64,000 nucleotides of DNA from an uncultured delta proteobacterium (GTDB lineage: Bacteria; Desulfobacterota; Desulfobacteria; Desulfobacterales; UBA2156), in the NCBI GenBank assembly GCA_963698465.1, contig CAVOQY010000013.1, forward strand, positions 420,559 through 484,558, read 5' to 3'. Shown one piece after another: positions 1 through 9,451 of this stretch. The stretch's first letter is position 1. Each line of letters starts with the position of its first letter. The translations under genes were made by a program, and so were the position numbers. The notes under the pieces were generated by a model, which saw only the letters and a list, made by a program, of their open reading frames with translations, did not search any database and was not told where the DNA came from.

Positions 1-74
1 AGGCCACGCGTTGGGACACCTGGCAAAGGTAGACACCGCCGGGAACCTTTGTTTCGCAAAGCCCAGATGAACCC

Positions 75-1550
75 TCAAGGATTTCCAAGGCGCCTGGACC
101 ATTCGTAAAGGGCTACAGCCACGGATGCGGCCGCGTTCAGGGATTCGACTCCGGGCCTGATCGGAATGGATACGGCACGCTCCCGCCAGGCCGACGGGAG
201 TCCCGGGCCTTCCATTCCCGCCAGAAGTCCGAAAGCCCGGGGAAAGCGGATTTTCTGCAAATCCCGCCCTTCGCCTGAGAGGGCGATGACGGGGATGTCC
301 AGCGGGAGGTCCTCCAATGCGGGACCCTGCACCAGCGGCAGCGTAAGCGCCGCACCTCCCGAGGCCCGAAGCGCCTTGGGGTGAAAGGGGTGCGCGCTCT
401 CCTGAAGCAGAATCCCCCGACAGGCCCCGAAAGCCGCGGCCGACCGGATGGCGGCACCGATGTTCTCGGGGTCCTGGAAGGGGAGAATCACGCTGCATCC
501 ATCGGGAAAGCCTTCTCCGGGATGCCAGGCAGGGATCCTGGGGATCCGGATCACCAGAAGCGGGCTTCGGGTCCCATAGGCGTCCAGGGTGTCGAACAGG
601 TCCGGGGCCAGACGATACCAGGCCAGGGAAGGCGGCGCTTCCTGAGGCGGGGGGTTCCGATCTTCCCGGCTGATCCATGCCACACACCGGTCCGGGTGCT
701 TTTCAAGGACTTCTTTGACCTGCCGGCTGCCGCATACCAGGGCCTTTTCCTCCTTCCGGACCCCCCGGCTTCCCAACAGTTTCTTGAGGTCGATAAAAAG
801 CGGGTTTTTCGCGCTGGAAACGGTTCGAAGCGCATTTTTTGCTGCGGCGCTTTCCCGCAGTGTATAAACAGGGCTGTCTAGCCTGCAAAATACCAGCAGA
901 CGCCGCCGGTGCTTCGTGCCGGGGATGGCGTACGCCCGATCGAGAACGAGCGCATAGCGGTCTTTGAAACGCGCCAGCGCCTGAGCCACCTCGTCATCGC
1001 AGCCTGGGCCCTTCATGAAAACCGCCTTTCCCCCCTTGCCCAAGGAGCCCCGGATACGCTCCAGCGTCTCTCCCACAGGCTCCACCGCCCTCGTGATCAC
1101 GCCCTGAACCCGTATTTCGGTGTGCGCCGATACGCTTCCGGCGTGCACCTGGATTCCGTCCAGCCGGAGCGCCTCCAAGGCCTGCTGCAAAAACTGTACG
1201 CGGTTTCCCCGGCTTTCCGCCAAAACGACTTCAAGATCTGGGCGCAGGATCTTCAGGGGGATTCCCGGCATCCCAGGCCCGGTGCCGAGATCCAAAAGCG
1301 GGGACGGAAGCTCCATCAGGGTTCCGGGCAACAGGGAGTCCACATACAATTTCAACACCATGTTGGCGAAATTGCGGATGCGGGTGAGGTTCAATTCGGA
1401 ATTGCGCTCCCTCAGCAGGGTATGATAGGTCCACAACTGCTGGATCTGAAACGCGGAAAGCGCAATCCCACACTCTTTGAGGAGGGCCTCCATGCGTTCC
1501 ATGGAGACCCCCTGCCGGAGGTCGGCAAACGAGCGACGCATCTCAGCCAT
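75..1550 (-). CDS. RNA methyltransferase fusion: RsmG/GidB-like 16S rRNA m7G methyltransferase domain (N-terminal ~225 aa) joined to a SpoU/TrmH-type 2'-O-ribose methyltransferase domain (C-terminal ~250 aa)
   Basis: Uninterrupted 491-aa ORF. The N-terminal half has an RsmG-like layout including the SAM-binding stretch LDLGTGPGMPGIPLKI. The C-terminal half has SpoU-family motifs (QDPENIGAAIRSAAAFG, LLAGMEGPGL, VESLNAAASVAVALYEW). Confidence 0.8.
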   Translation of the reverse strand: MAEMRRSFADLRQGVSMERMEALLKECGIALSAFQIQQLWTYHTLLRERNSELNLTRIRNFANMVLKLYVDSLLPGTLMELPSPLLDLGTGPGMPGIPLKILRPDLEVVLAESRGNRVQFLQQALEALRLDGIQVHAGSVSAHTEIRVQGVITRAVEPVGETLERIRGSLGKGGKAVFMKGPGCDDEVAQALARFKDRYALVLDRAYAIPGTKHRRRLLVFCRLDSPVYTLRESAAAKNALRTVSSAKNPLFIDLKKLLGSRGVRKEEKALVCGSRQVKEVLEKHPDRCVAWISREDRNPPPQEAPPSLAWYRLAPDLFDTLDAYGTRSPLLVIRIPRIPAWHPGEGFPDGCSVILPFQDPENIGAAIRSAAAFGACRGILLQESAHPFHPKALRASGGAALTLPLVQGPALEDLPLDIPVIALSGEGRDLQKIRFPRAFGLLAGMEGPGLPSAWRERAVSIPIRPGVESLNAAASVAVALYEWSRRLGNP

Positions 1551-2367
1551 GGCACGATCTCCGGTTCGGATGGATATCCGATTCGCCGTGGAAATCTTCC
1601 TGCAAAAAGCGCAACCTGTGAGCTCGACCCACTTTTTTCATCGACGATGGCCCGTGTTTTTCGAAGACAACCACGTCCTTTCCCTTTACAAACCGGCCGG
1701 GCTCCTCATGCAAGGGGACAGGACCGGCGCACCCTGTCTCCTCGATCTCGCCCGCTCTTGGATTAAAGAGCGTTATGCAAAACCGGGCCGGGTATTTCTC
1801 GGGTTAGTCCACCGGCTGGACCGTCCGGTAGCGGGCATCGTGCTGTTCGCCCGCACTTCCAAGGCCGCCTCCCGTCTCAGCGCCCAGATCCGGGAAGGCC
1901 GGGTCCGGAAAATGTATCTTGCCGTACTGGAGGGAAGCCCCGACGCGGCATCCGGGGATTTGCTGCATTTCATCGAGCCCGGAAAACGAGCAAGCCGCAT
2001 CGTGGACCATCCCCGGGGGGATGCCAGGAAAGCCCGCCTGGCCTTTGAGGTTCTGGAAAACGCCTGCGGGCATACCCTGGTGAAGATCGACCTTCAAACC
2101 GGACGCAAGCACCAGATTCGCCTTCAGTTCGCCGAAATCGGCTGTCCTGTCCTGGGAGATGTGCGCTATGGCGCCTCGGCTCCCCTCGGCTCCCGACAGA
2201 TCGCCCTTTTTTCCAGAGAAGTCTCTTTTCTTCATCCAACCCGTCAGGAGAAGATCACCCTTTCCGCCCCTCTCCCAAAGGGGTGGCCCTGGCATAGAGC
2301 AACGCCTGAAGGGGAGGCGCCGTATTGGAGCTGGAAGGATTTTCCCTCCCCGGCTACCTTCGGGTAA
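1549..2367 (+). CDS. RluA-family pseudouridine synthase
   Basis: ORF is open from 1477; ATG at 1549 chosen as start. Catalytic-Asp motif HRLDRPVAGIVLFA and GRKHQIRLQ are typical of the RluA family. The start codon overlaps the divergent start (1548-1550) of the methyltransferase fusion. Confidence 0.8.
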   Translation: MARSPVRMDIRFAVEIFLQKAQPVSSTHFFHRRWPVFFEDNHVLSLYKPAGLLMQGDRTGAPCLLDLARSWIKERYAKPGRVFLGLVHRLDRPVAGIVLFARTSKAASRLSAQIREGRVRKMYLAVLEGSPDAASGDLLHFIEPGKRASRIVDHPRGDARKARLAFEVLENACGHTLVKIDLQTGRKHQIRLQFAEIGCPVLGDVRYGASAPLGSRQIALFSREVSFLHPTRQEKITLSAPLPKGWPWHRATPEGEAPYWSWKDFPSPATFG

Positions 2368-4039
2368 GCTGTCGGTACCGGATGCGGCGCGGTGTCTCTG
2401 CCGCCGCCCCCAGCCGTCTGCGCCGGTCGGCTTCATAATCCGTGTAGTTCCCCTCGTACCAAACCACCTGACTGTCGCCTTCGAAGGCCAGGATATGCGT
2501 GGCGATCCGGTCGAGAAACCAGCGGTCGTGGCTGATAACCACGGCGCAGCCTGCAAAGTTTTCGAGCGCTTCCTCGAGAGCACGCAGAGTGTTCACGTCC
2601 AAGTCGTTGGTGGGTTCGTCAAGTAGCAGCAGGTTGGCTCCGGATTTGAGCATCCGGGCCAGATGGACCCGGTTGCGTTCACCGCCCGAGAGCACGCCGA
2701 CTTTCTTTTGCTGGTCGCTTCCGGAAAAGGCGAATCGTGCAACGTATGCTCTGGATTTGACCGGCACCCTCCCTAGTTCGAAGATGTCCGCACCATCCGA
2801 GATCACTTCCCAAACGGTCTTCTCGGAATCCAGGCTTTCCCGGCTCTGATCCACATAAGCCATTTTCACGGTATCCCCGATCCGGATGCTTCCCGAATCC
2901 GGCGTCTCCTTGCCGGTGATCATTTTAAAAAGGGTCGTTTTTCCGGCGCCGTTGGGCCCGATCACCCCGACAATGCCTCCCGGGGGAAGGCGGAAGGACA
3001 CTCCCTCCATGAGCAGGCGCTCCGGATACCCCTTGGTCACCTTCTCGGCCTCCACCACCAGATTTCCCAGGCGTGGGCCGGGCGGAATGAAGATCTCCAG
3101 GTCTTCCTGGCGCTGAGTGCCGTCCTGGGAAAGAAGCTTTTCATAGGCGCCTATCCTGGCCTTGGATTTGGCATGCCGCGCCTTGGGGCTCATCCGGATC
3201 CATTCCAGCTCTCTTTCCAAGGTTTTCTGTCGCTTGCTTTCCGTCTTCTCCTCTGTTGCCAGGCGGTTCTTCTTCTGGTCGAGCCAGGAAGAATAGTTTC
3301 CCTTCCATGGGATGCCGCGGCCTCGATCCAGTTCCAGGATCCACCCCGCCACGTTGTCCAGAAAATAGCGGTCATGGGTTACGGCGATAACGGTGCCGGG
3401 ATAGTTTTTGAGGTGGTGCTCCAGCCACGCGACGGTCTCCGCGTCCAGGTGGTTCGTCGGTTCGTCCAGCAGCAGGATGTCGGGTTTCTGCAGCAGCAGC
3501 CGGCACAGGGCCACGCGACGGCGCTCTCCCCCGGAAATCACCCTGACCGGCGTGCCGCTTTCGGGACACCGCAGGGCGTCCATGGCCATTTCCAGGCGGG
3601 AATCGATGTCCCAGGCATCAAGAGCGTCCAGTTTTTCCTGCAAGGCTCCCTGGCGTTCGATGAGACGGTTCATTTCGTCCTCTGAAACGTTCCCGGCCAG
3701 GGCCTCGCTGATCCGGTTGAACTCCTTCATGAGGTCCACGGGCTCCCTGACCCCGTCCTCCACGATCTCCCGAACGGTGCTGTTTTCGTTCAAGATCGGC
3801 TCCTGCTCCAAAAAACCGATCCTGTGGCCGGGCGAAAGGACCGTCTTTCCCGAAAACTCGGTATCCATCCCGGCCAATATCCGCAAAAGGGAGCTCTTAC
3901 CGGAACCATTGAGACCCAGGACCCCGATCTTGGCGCCGTAAAAATAGGAAAGGGAAATGTCCTGGAGAATCGGGCGCTTGTCATAATATTTGCTGACTCC
4001 GATCATGGAATAGATGATCTTGTCCGGAGGACCGCCCAT
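2354..4039 (-). CDS. ettA: ABC-F ATPase, energy-dependent translational throttle EttA
   Basis: 561 aa with two ABC cassettes. Near-collinear match from memory to E. coli EttA (GAKIGVLGLNGSGKSSLLRI, LSGGERRRVALCRLLL, HDRYFLDNVAGWILELDRG, GPNGAGKTTLFKMI, HDRWFLDRIATHIL). Confidence 0.95.
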   Translation of the reverse strand: MGGPPDKIIYSMIGVSKYYDKRPILQDISLSYFYGAKIGVLGLNGSGKSSLLRILAGMDTEFSGKTVLSPGHRIGFLEQEPILNENSTVREIVEDGVREPVDLMKEFNRISEALAGNVSEDEMNRLIERQGALQEKLDALDAWDIDSRLEMAMDALRCPESGTPVRVISGGERRRVALCRLLLQKPDILLLDEPTNHLDAETVAWLEHHLKNYPGTVIAVTHDRYFLDNVAGWILELDRGRGIPWKGNYSSWLDQKKNRLATEEKTESKRQKTLERELEWIRMSPKARHAKSKARIGAYEKLLSQDGTQRQEDLEIFIPPGPRLGNLVVEAEKVTKGYPERLLMEGVSFRLPPGGIVGVIGPNGAGKTTLFKMITGKETPDSGSIRIGDTVKMAYVDQSRESLDSEKTVWEVISDGADIFELGRVPVKSRAYVARFAFSGSDQQKKVGVLSGGERNRVHLARMLKSGANLLLLDEPTNDLDVNTLRALEEALENFAGCAVVISHDRWFLDRIATHILAFEGDSQVVWYEGNYTDYEADRRRRLGAAAETPRRIRYRQLTRR

Positions 4040-4224
4040 GGACTGACTTCTCCTTTTTAAGGGGTGATGGAAAATGGACCGTTTCTCTGTTACACCATGT
4101 CACCTCTCCGATCAACAGCCGGGTTTTGAACTTAAAAGCTTCGTTGACAAGGCTTTGAGTTTGAAATAAACCTCTTTTCGTTTTGTTAAAGACCCTTTTT
4201 GCAAATCCAAAAGACGCATCCAAC

Positions 4225-4923
4225 ATGATGGAAAATTTTAAAAGCGACGCCCTAACTTCTCATGCGGTAGAAGGCCTCATCGCGCGCAGCGGAATCATCA
4301 GCAGGCAGATTCTAAAATTCTACCGGTTCATGCGGGCAAGCGGGCCGGGCAAAAACCCGGCGCCTGAGGCTTCGGTCACGCAACGCGTGCATTACAAGCT
4401 CCGACGAAGCCTCTCGGCGGTTAAAATCAACGTCTTGGCCGACCTGCTTTACACTTACTACCTGGGAGGATCTCTCACCCGCCAGGACCAGATCACCTTT
4501 GCGAAAATCCACGGCATGCAATCGCGGGCCTATTTCCTGACCGCCTTCAACGCCCTCTTTTGCGGGATCCCCACGGCGGCGGTCTATTTCCTCGTCGGGG
4601 AAGGGTTTCAGATCCTTTCCCGGGTTCACTCCGTGACGGAACTGCCCGCCCTGCTTGCCGGAAATGTTTCCCTGGGTCTTGGCGCAGTCAGCCTGGCCGT
4701 GGACCTGTTCCGGGCTGTGGATGCCTTTGTGAACAAAAGGTGCTGGGCTCCTTTCGGTCTTCTTCCGGCAGTCATCAATTTTCCCACGTATTTGAAAATC
4801 GGTATCAAGAAAATCAAGGCCGGTCGGTCGGCGAAACCGGTTAAGGCCAAAACGCAGGCCGGGCCCCGATTGAAGGGTGTCGCCGCGGGCACGGGCCTTT
4901 CCAGGGCCGGGAGATCCTTATGA
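4225..4923 (+). CDS. Hypothetical membrane protein, no family recognised
   Basis: ORF opens at TTG 4183; the first ATG is at 4225. Hydrophobic segments in the C-terminal half and a basic tail. The stop overlaps the start of the next small gene (ATGA at 4920-4923). Confidence 0.5.
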   Translation: MMENFKSDALTSHAVEGLIARSGIISRQILKFYRFMRASGPGKNPAPEASVTQRVHYKLRRSLSAVKINVLADLLYTYYLGGSLTRQDQITFAKIHGMQSRAYFLTAFNALFCGIPTAAVYFLVGEGFQILSRVHSVTELPALLAGNVSLGLGAVSLAVDLFRAVDAFVNKRCWAPFGLLPAVINFPTYLKIGIKKIKAGRSAKPVKAKTQAGPRLKGVAAGTGLSRAGRSL

Positions 4924-5075
4924 GCAATTTGACCTTCGGCTTGACGTTGATTCTCGTCGGGATGGGGGGGACGCTGCTGACCCTCGCCTTTTTCAGCGTG
5001 CTGATGACGTTGTTGAAAAAGCTGTTCCCCGTCCCTAAAGAAACATCCGAAGAACAATCGATGAAAGCGGAATAA
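4920..5075 (+). CDS. OadG-like small single-pass subunit of a Na+-translocating decarboxylase (51 aa; absent from the ORF track because it is under 60 aa)
   Basis: Hand translation: MSNLTFGLTLILVGMGGTLLTLAFFSVLMTLLKKLFPVPKETSEEQSMKAE. It has one N-terminal TM helix and a charged tail, and lies 5 nt upstream of the beta-subunit gene, as for OadG/GcdD-type subunits. Confidence 0.6.
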   Translation: MSNLTFGLTLILVGMGGTLLTLAFFSVLMTLLKKLFPVPKETSEEQSMKAE

Positions 5076-5080
5076 AACCG

Positions 5081-6220
5081 ATGTTGCAGGCCATGTTTGA
5101 AGGACTGTTGGGGCTCACGAGCGGATTCACCAGCGTGCATTGGTCCAACCTCGTGATGATCGCCGTGGGCGGCCTTTTCCTCTTTTTGGCGATTAAAAAA
5201 GACATCGAACCGCTCCTTCTGCTTCCCATCGGTTTCGGCGCCATCCTCATCAATATCCCGTCCGCCGGGCTCATGGAGGAAGAAGGCTTTTTAAGGGTGA
5301 TCTACAACATGGGGATCGCCACCGAGCTTTTTCCGCTTCTGATCTTCATCGGCATCGGCTCCATGACCGATTTCGGGCCCCTTCTGGAAAACCCGAAAAT
5401 CTTCCTTTTGGGCGCCGCCGGGCAGTTCGGCATCTTCCTCACCATCGGGCTGGCCCTGTTTTTCGGGTTTTCGAAACTGGATGCGGTGGCCATCGGGATC
5501 ATCGGGGCCTGCGACGGCCCCACGGCAATCTACGTCACCTCCAAGTACGCCCCCCATCTCCTGGGGGCCGTTTCCGTGGCCGCTTATTCCTACATGAGCC
5601 TGGTGCCCATCATCCAGCCCCCCATCATGCGGGCCTTGACCACGAAAAAAGAGCGCACCGTATACATGGATGCCGAAACCAAGCCGGCGTCCAAAACCGC
5701 AAAGATCCTCTTTCCCATCGCCGTTACCATCTTCGGCGGTCTCATTGCACCCCAGGGGCTGCCGCTTCTGGGGACCATCATGCTGGGCAACCTCATGAAG
5801 GAATCCGGGGTCGTGGCGCGGCTGACCAAAGCCTCGGAGAACGAAATCGCCAACGTGGTGACGCTTCTCCTCGGCATCTCCATCGGCGCCACCATGGAGG
5901 GAAAAGCCTTTTTGAAGTTCCAGACCCTGCTCATCCTGGCCTTCGGTTTTTTGGCCATCTGCCTCGATACGGTTTGCGGCGTTTTGTTCGGAAAGCTCAT
6001 GTGCGCCATGACGCGGGGGAAAGTCAACCCGCTCATCGGCGCCGCCGGCATCTCCGCCTACCCCATGGCCGCCCGGGTCGTTCAAAGGGAAGGGATCAAG
6101 TACGACAAATACAATTTTCTTCTCATGCATGCCGTCGGAGCCAACACAGGGGGGCAGGTAGGGTCGGTCATGGCGGCTGCCATCATGCTGTCGGTATTGA
6201 AGGGAATGGGTATTATTTAG
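5081..6220 (+). CDS. Sodium ion-translocating decarboxylase beta subunit (OadB/GcdB/MmdB family)
   Basis: 379-aa polytopic membrane protein. Its N-terminus and overall sequence are characteristic of the decarboxylase beta family (LAIKKDIEPLLLLPIGFGAILINIP, GACDGPTAIY, GAAGISAYPMAARV). Confidence 0.9.
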   Translation: MLQAMFEGLLGLTSGFTSVHWSNLVMIAVGGLFLFLAIKKDIEPLLLLPIGFGAILINIPSAGLMEEEGFLRVIYNMGIATELFPLLIFIGIGSMTDFGPLLENPKIFLLGAAGQFGIFLTIGLALFFGFSKLDAVAIGIIGACDGPTAIYVTSKYAPHLLGAVSVAAYSYMSLVPIIQPPIMRALTTKKERTVYMDAETKPASKTAKILFPIAVTIFGGLIAPQGLPLLGTIMLGNLMKESGVVARLTKASENEIANVVTLLLGISIGATMEGKAFLKFQTLLILAFGFLAICLDTVCGVLFGKLMCAMTRGKVNPLIGAAGISAYPMAARVVQREGIKYDKYNFLLMHAVGANTGGQVGSVMAAAIMLSVLKGMGII

Positions 6221-6302
6221 GCTGTCCAAAAGCTTTCCGTCGCCTGAGGGTGCCCCGGAAATCTCATCCGACAGAACCTCTTGAATTTTCATAAAAATCT
6301 TA

Positions 6303-6331
6303 TTGACACGCTTTTGGGTTTAATCCATAGT
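6303..6331 (+). promoter_or_regulatory. Candidate sigma70-type promoter for the TAXI-TRAP operon
   Basis: TTGACA (6303-6308), 17-nt spacer, CATAGT (6326-6331), about 50 nt upstream of the ATG at 6382, which is preceded by a GGGGAGG RBS. Confidence 0.35.
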
Positions 6332-6381
6332 ACGGGCGTTTTCAGCCTTGTAAAACAGGACCAATCAAAGGGGAGGATTTT

Positions 6382-7365
6382 ATGAAAAAGAGTTGGATAG
6401 GGACAGCGCTTCTTCTGGTTTCGATGCTTCTTTTTGTTTCGTCGCCCATGGCGCAGGACAAGGCCGGCTGGCCCAAATCGGTGACCATCGGAGCGGCTCC
6501 GGTGGGAGGAACGTATTACATCTGGGCGGGCGGCTTTTCGAAATTGCTCCACGACAAAATGGGAATCCCGGGAAACGTTGAAGTCACCGGCGGCCCGGTG
6601 CACAATACCCAGCTGGTGGATGCCAAGAAACTGGACTTCGGCATGGTCACCGCAGGACCGGTCTGGGAAGGCGTTCACGGCGAAGGGTGGACCAAAGGGA
6701 AGAAGTATCCCAACCCGAGGGTGATCTTCCCCATGTACACCACCTATTTCCAGATGTATTCTTTGAACAAAAGCGGAATCAAGAGCATCATGGACCTCAA
6801 CGGCAAAAGCGTAGGGGTCGGACCGGTGGGAGGAACGCCGGCGACCTATTGGCCGCTCATTTTCGAGGCGGGCGCCATCAAGCCTGGACGGATCGTCAAC
6901 GCGGGTTCCGCCGACCTCAACTCCCAGCTCAAGGACGGGATGCTGGATGCCAACGGGCAGTCCGTGGGCCTTCCCTGGGTGACGGTCACGGAGGTTGAAA
7001 CCACCCACGATGTCAACGTCTACGGCGTGCCCGGAAACGTGGCGGGAACTTTTCTGAAAAAATTCCCTTATTTTGCAAAGGGGATCATTCCCAAAGGGAC
7101 CTATAAAAGCAACAAGGACAACGACATCGAGACGCTGAGCGTGTGGAATTTCATGACCGTTCACAAGGACACCCCGGACGATTTCGTCTACGAGGTGCTG
7201 AAGGCGACCTTTGCCAACGTGGACATCCTGATTGCCACCCACAAGTCGGCCAAAGAGGTGGTGCCGGAAAACATTCTCTACAGCCCGATTCCGCTCCATC
7301 CGGGTGCCGTGAAGTATTACCAGGAGAAGGGGATCAAGCTGCCCGATTCGCTGCTTCCCAAATAG
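6382..7365 (+). CDS. TRAP transporter solute receptor, TAXI family
   Basis: Signal peptide, GGTYYIWAGG motif, and C-terminal PLHPGAVKYYQEKG typical of TAXI receptors. Confidence 0.9.
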   Translation: MKKSWIGTALLLVSMLLFVSSPMAQDKAGWPKSVTIGAAPVGGTYYIWAGGFSKLLHDKMGIPGNVEVTGGPVHNTQLVDAKKLDFGMVTAGPVWEGVHGEGWTKGKKYPNPRVIFPMYTTYFQMYSLNKSGIKSIMDLNGKSVGVGPVGGTPATYWPLIFEAGAIKPGRIVNAGSADLNSQLKDGMLDANGQSVGLPWVTVTEVETTHDVNVYGVPGNVAGTFLKKFPYFAKGIIPKGTYKSNKDNDIETLSVWNFMTVHKDTPDDFVYEVLKATFANVDILIATHKSAKEVVPENILYSPIPLHPGAVKYYQEKGIKLPDSLLPK

Positions 7366-7400
7366 GCTGAACGTTAAAGCCGAGGACAAGCAGACCGCGC

Positions 7401-7439
7401 GGATGCCCCTTCTTCCAAAAGGGGCATCCGTTTCTTTTT
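7401..7439 (+). terminator. Intra-operon stem-loop / partial terminator after the TAXI receptor gene
   Basis: GGATGCCCCTT (7401-7411) pairs with AAGGGGCATCC (7419-7429) and is followed by a T-rich run GTTTCTTTTT. Confidence 0.6.
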
Positions 7440-7500
7440 CCCGGCAGACCCGGGGCAGCTTGATCATGCACATCTTAAGTCCATTAAAAGGAGGCCATCC

Positions 7501-9444
7501 ATGGCTGCCGACCAACCGGTAGATATCAAGGAGGTCGAAAAAAAACTCGAGGAACTGCACATCAAGGACCTCGAAATCGGAGGGAAAAGGGACCTCAAGC
7601 GCCCCTTCGGGACCGTCGTGTTCATCATCGGCATCCTCATGAGCCTGTTTCACATCTATGTTCTCACCATCCGGCCCATCGATCCCTGGTACTTCCGCTC
7701 CATGCACGTGGTCTTTGCCGGCCTGCTGATCTTCGCCCTCGTGCCGGGTTGGAAAGGGGCTCCGAGCGACAAGCCGCATGTTCTTGATTACGTGCTGATT
7801 CTCATGCTCCTTGCCCCGGTCGCCTACATCTACATCGACTTCGACGACTGGATTTACCGCGTGGGGGTCGTCCCGACCTCATGGGACTTCTTTTTCTCCA
7901 CACTCTTTGTGATCGCTGTCTGGGAAATGGCCAGAAGAACCACAGGATGGGCTCTGGCAACCTTATCCGCCGTTTTCATCCTCTACGGTCATTTCGGAAA
8001 TTACATGCCCGGCCTTTTTTATCACAAGGGCTATGCGTGGGACCGGATGATGACCTATCTCTTCAGCCTGGACGGCATCTTCAGCCTTCCCGTACTGGCC
8101 TCCGCCCACTATATCTTCCTCTTCGTCCTTTTCGGCGCCTTCGTGGAAGCGTCGGGCGCGGGGAAATTTTTCGTGGATTTCGCCCGCTGCGCCGCCGGTC
8201 GCCTCCGGGGAGGGCCTGCCAAGGTGTCCATCATTTCCAGTGCCATGATCGGCACCGCTTCCGGTTCTTCCGTTGCCAATGTGGTGGTGGACGGCGTATT
8301 CAACATCCCCCTCATGAAAGCCAGCGGTTTCAAGCCAGAGGTTGCCGGCGCCGTGGAGGCCATGAATTCCAGCGGCGGGCAGATCGTGCCTCCGGTCATG
8401 GGGGCCGGCGCCTTCCTCATGGCCGAAATCCTCGGGATTCCCTATTCCCAGGTGGCACTGGCCGCCATCATCCCGGCGCTCCTTTACTTCACGTCCGCCT
8501 ACTGGATGATCGATTTTTATGCGGCATCGCAAGGCTTGGTGGGACTGAGCCGCGAGGAACTGCCGGTTTTTCGGAAAATTATGGCAGACAAAGGGTACCT
8601 TCTGGCACCCATCGTGGTCTTGCTGGTCTGCCTCATGGTGCTGATGTACTCCCCCTACCGGAGCGCGCTTTACGGAATCCTTTCCCTCATTGTCGCAAGT
8701 TGGATCCGGAAAAGCACCCGGATGAATCTCAAGGACATCATCAATACCCTTTCCAACGGTGCCAAAGGCTCCATGGAAATCGCGGCGACCTGCGCCACCG
8801 CCGGGATCATCGTCGGGGTGCTGACCCAAACCGGGCTGGGTCAGAAGTTCGCCATGATCATTTTCAACTACTCCGGCGGTTACCTCCTGCTGGCCCTGGT
8901 TTTTACCATGATCATCGCCATCGTCCTCGGGATGGGAATGCCCACCACCGCCGCCTACGCTATCTCAGCCTCGGTTCTGGCTCCTGCGCTGATCCGGGAA
9001 TTCAACATCCCTCCCATGGCCGCCCACCTGTTCATTTTTTATTTCGCCTGTCTTTCCGCCCTGACCCCTCCCGTGGCGCTGGCCTCCTTTGCCGCGGCGG
9101 CCATCGCTTCCGCCAAGCCCTGGGACGTGGGGTGGGCGGGAATGAAGTTTGCCCTGGCGGGTTTCCTGATTCCTTACATGTTCATATACGGCCCGGCCAT
9201 GGTCCTGGTGGGTACGGGAACCGAGATCACACTGACCATCATCACCGGATTAATGGGAACCGCCGCTCTCGCAGCGGCCGTGCAGGGCTGGTTTTTTAAG
9301 AGAGCGACGGGAGCCGAGCGGCTGCTTCTTCTCATCGCCGCCCTGTCCCTCATCAAGCCGGGATGGATCACCGATATCGTCGGTGCGGGACTTTTAATCG
9401 GGGTAGCCCTTTTCCAATGGATAAAATTTAAAAAGGCGCATTAA
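7501..9444 (+). CDS. TRAP transporter fused 4TM/12TM permease (TAXI-associated type)
   Basis: 647-aa polytopic membrane protein immediately downstream of the TAXI receptor; an AAAGGAGG RBS precedes the ATG. Confidence 0.9.
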   Translation: MAADQPVDIKEVEKKLEELHIKDLEIGGKRDLKRPFGTVVFIIGILMSLFHIYVLTIRPIDPWYFRSMHVVFAGLLIFALVPGWKGAPSDKPHVLDYVLILMLLAPVAYIYIDFDDWIYRVGVVPTSWDFFFSTLFVIAVWEMARRTTGWALATLSAVFILYGHFGNYMPGLFYHKGYAWDRMMTYLFSLDGIFSLPVLASAHYIFLFVLFGAFVEASGAGKFFVDFARCAAGRLRGGPAKVSIISSAMIGTASGSSVANVVVDGVFNIPLMKASGFKPEVAGAVEAMNSSGGQIVPPVMGAGAFLMAEILGIPYSQVALAAIIPALLYFTSAYWMIDFYAASQGLVGLSREELPVFRKIMADKGYLLAPIVVLLVCLMVLMYSPYRSALYGILSLIVASWIRKSTRMNLKDIINTLSNGAKGSMEIAATCATAGIIVGVLTQTGLGQKFAMIIFNYSGGYLLLALVFTMIIAIVLGMGMPTTAAYAISASVLAPALIREFNIPPMAAHLFIFYFACLSALTPPVALASFAAAAIASAKPWDVGWAGMKFALAGFLIPYMFIYGPAMVLVGTGTEITLTIITGLMGTAALAAAVQGWFFKRATGAERLLLLIAALSLIKPGWITDIVGAGLLIGVALFQWIKFKKAH

Positions 9445-9451
9445 GAGGCAT

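Noticed and set aside
5291-6292. 333-aa ORF antisense to the decarboxylase beta-subunit gene
   Set aside because: Shadow ORF. The plus-strand product has a clear family assignment, and the antisense translation is compositionally biased.
6289-7779. 496-aa ORF on the minus strand
   Set aside because: It is antisense to the well-supported TAXI receptor gene. The translation is Arg/Gly/His/Asp-rich and low in complexity with no recognisable family, as expected for a shadow ORF in GC-rich DNA.
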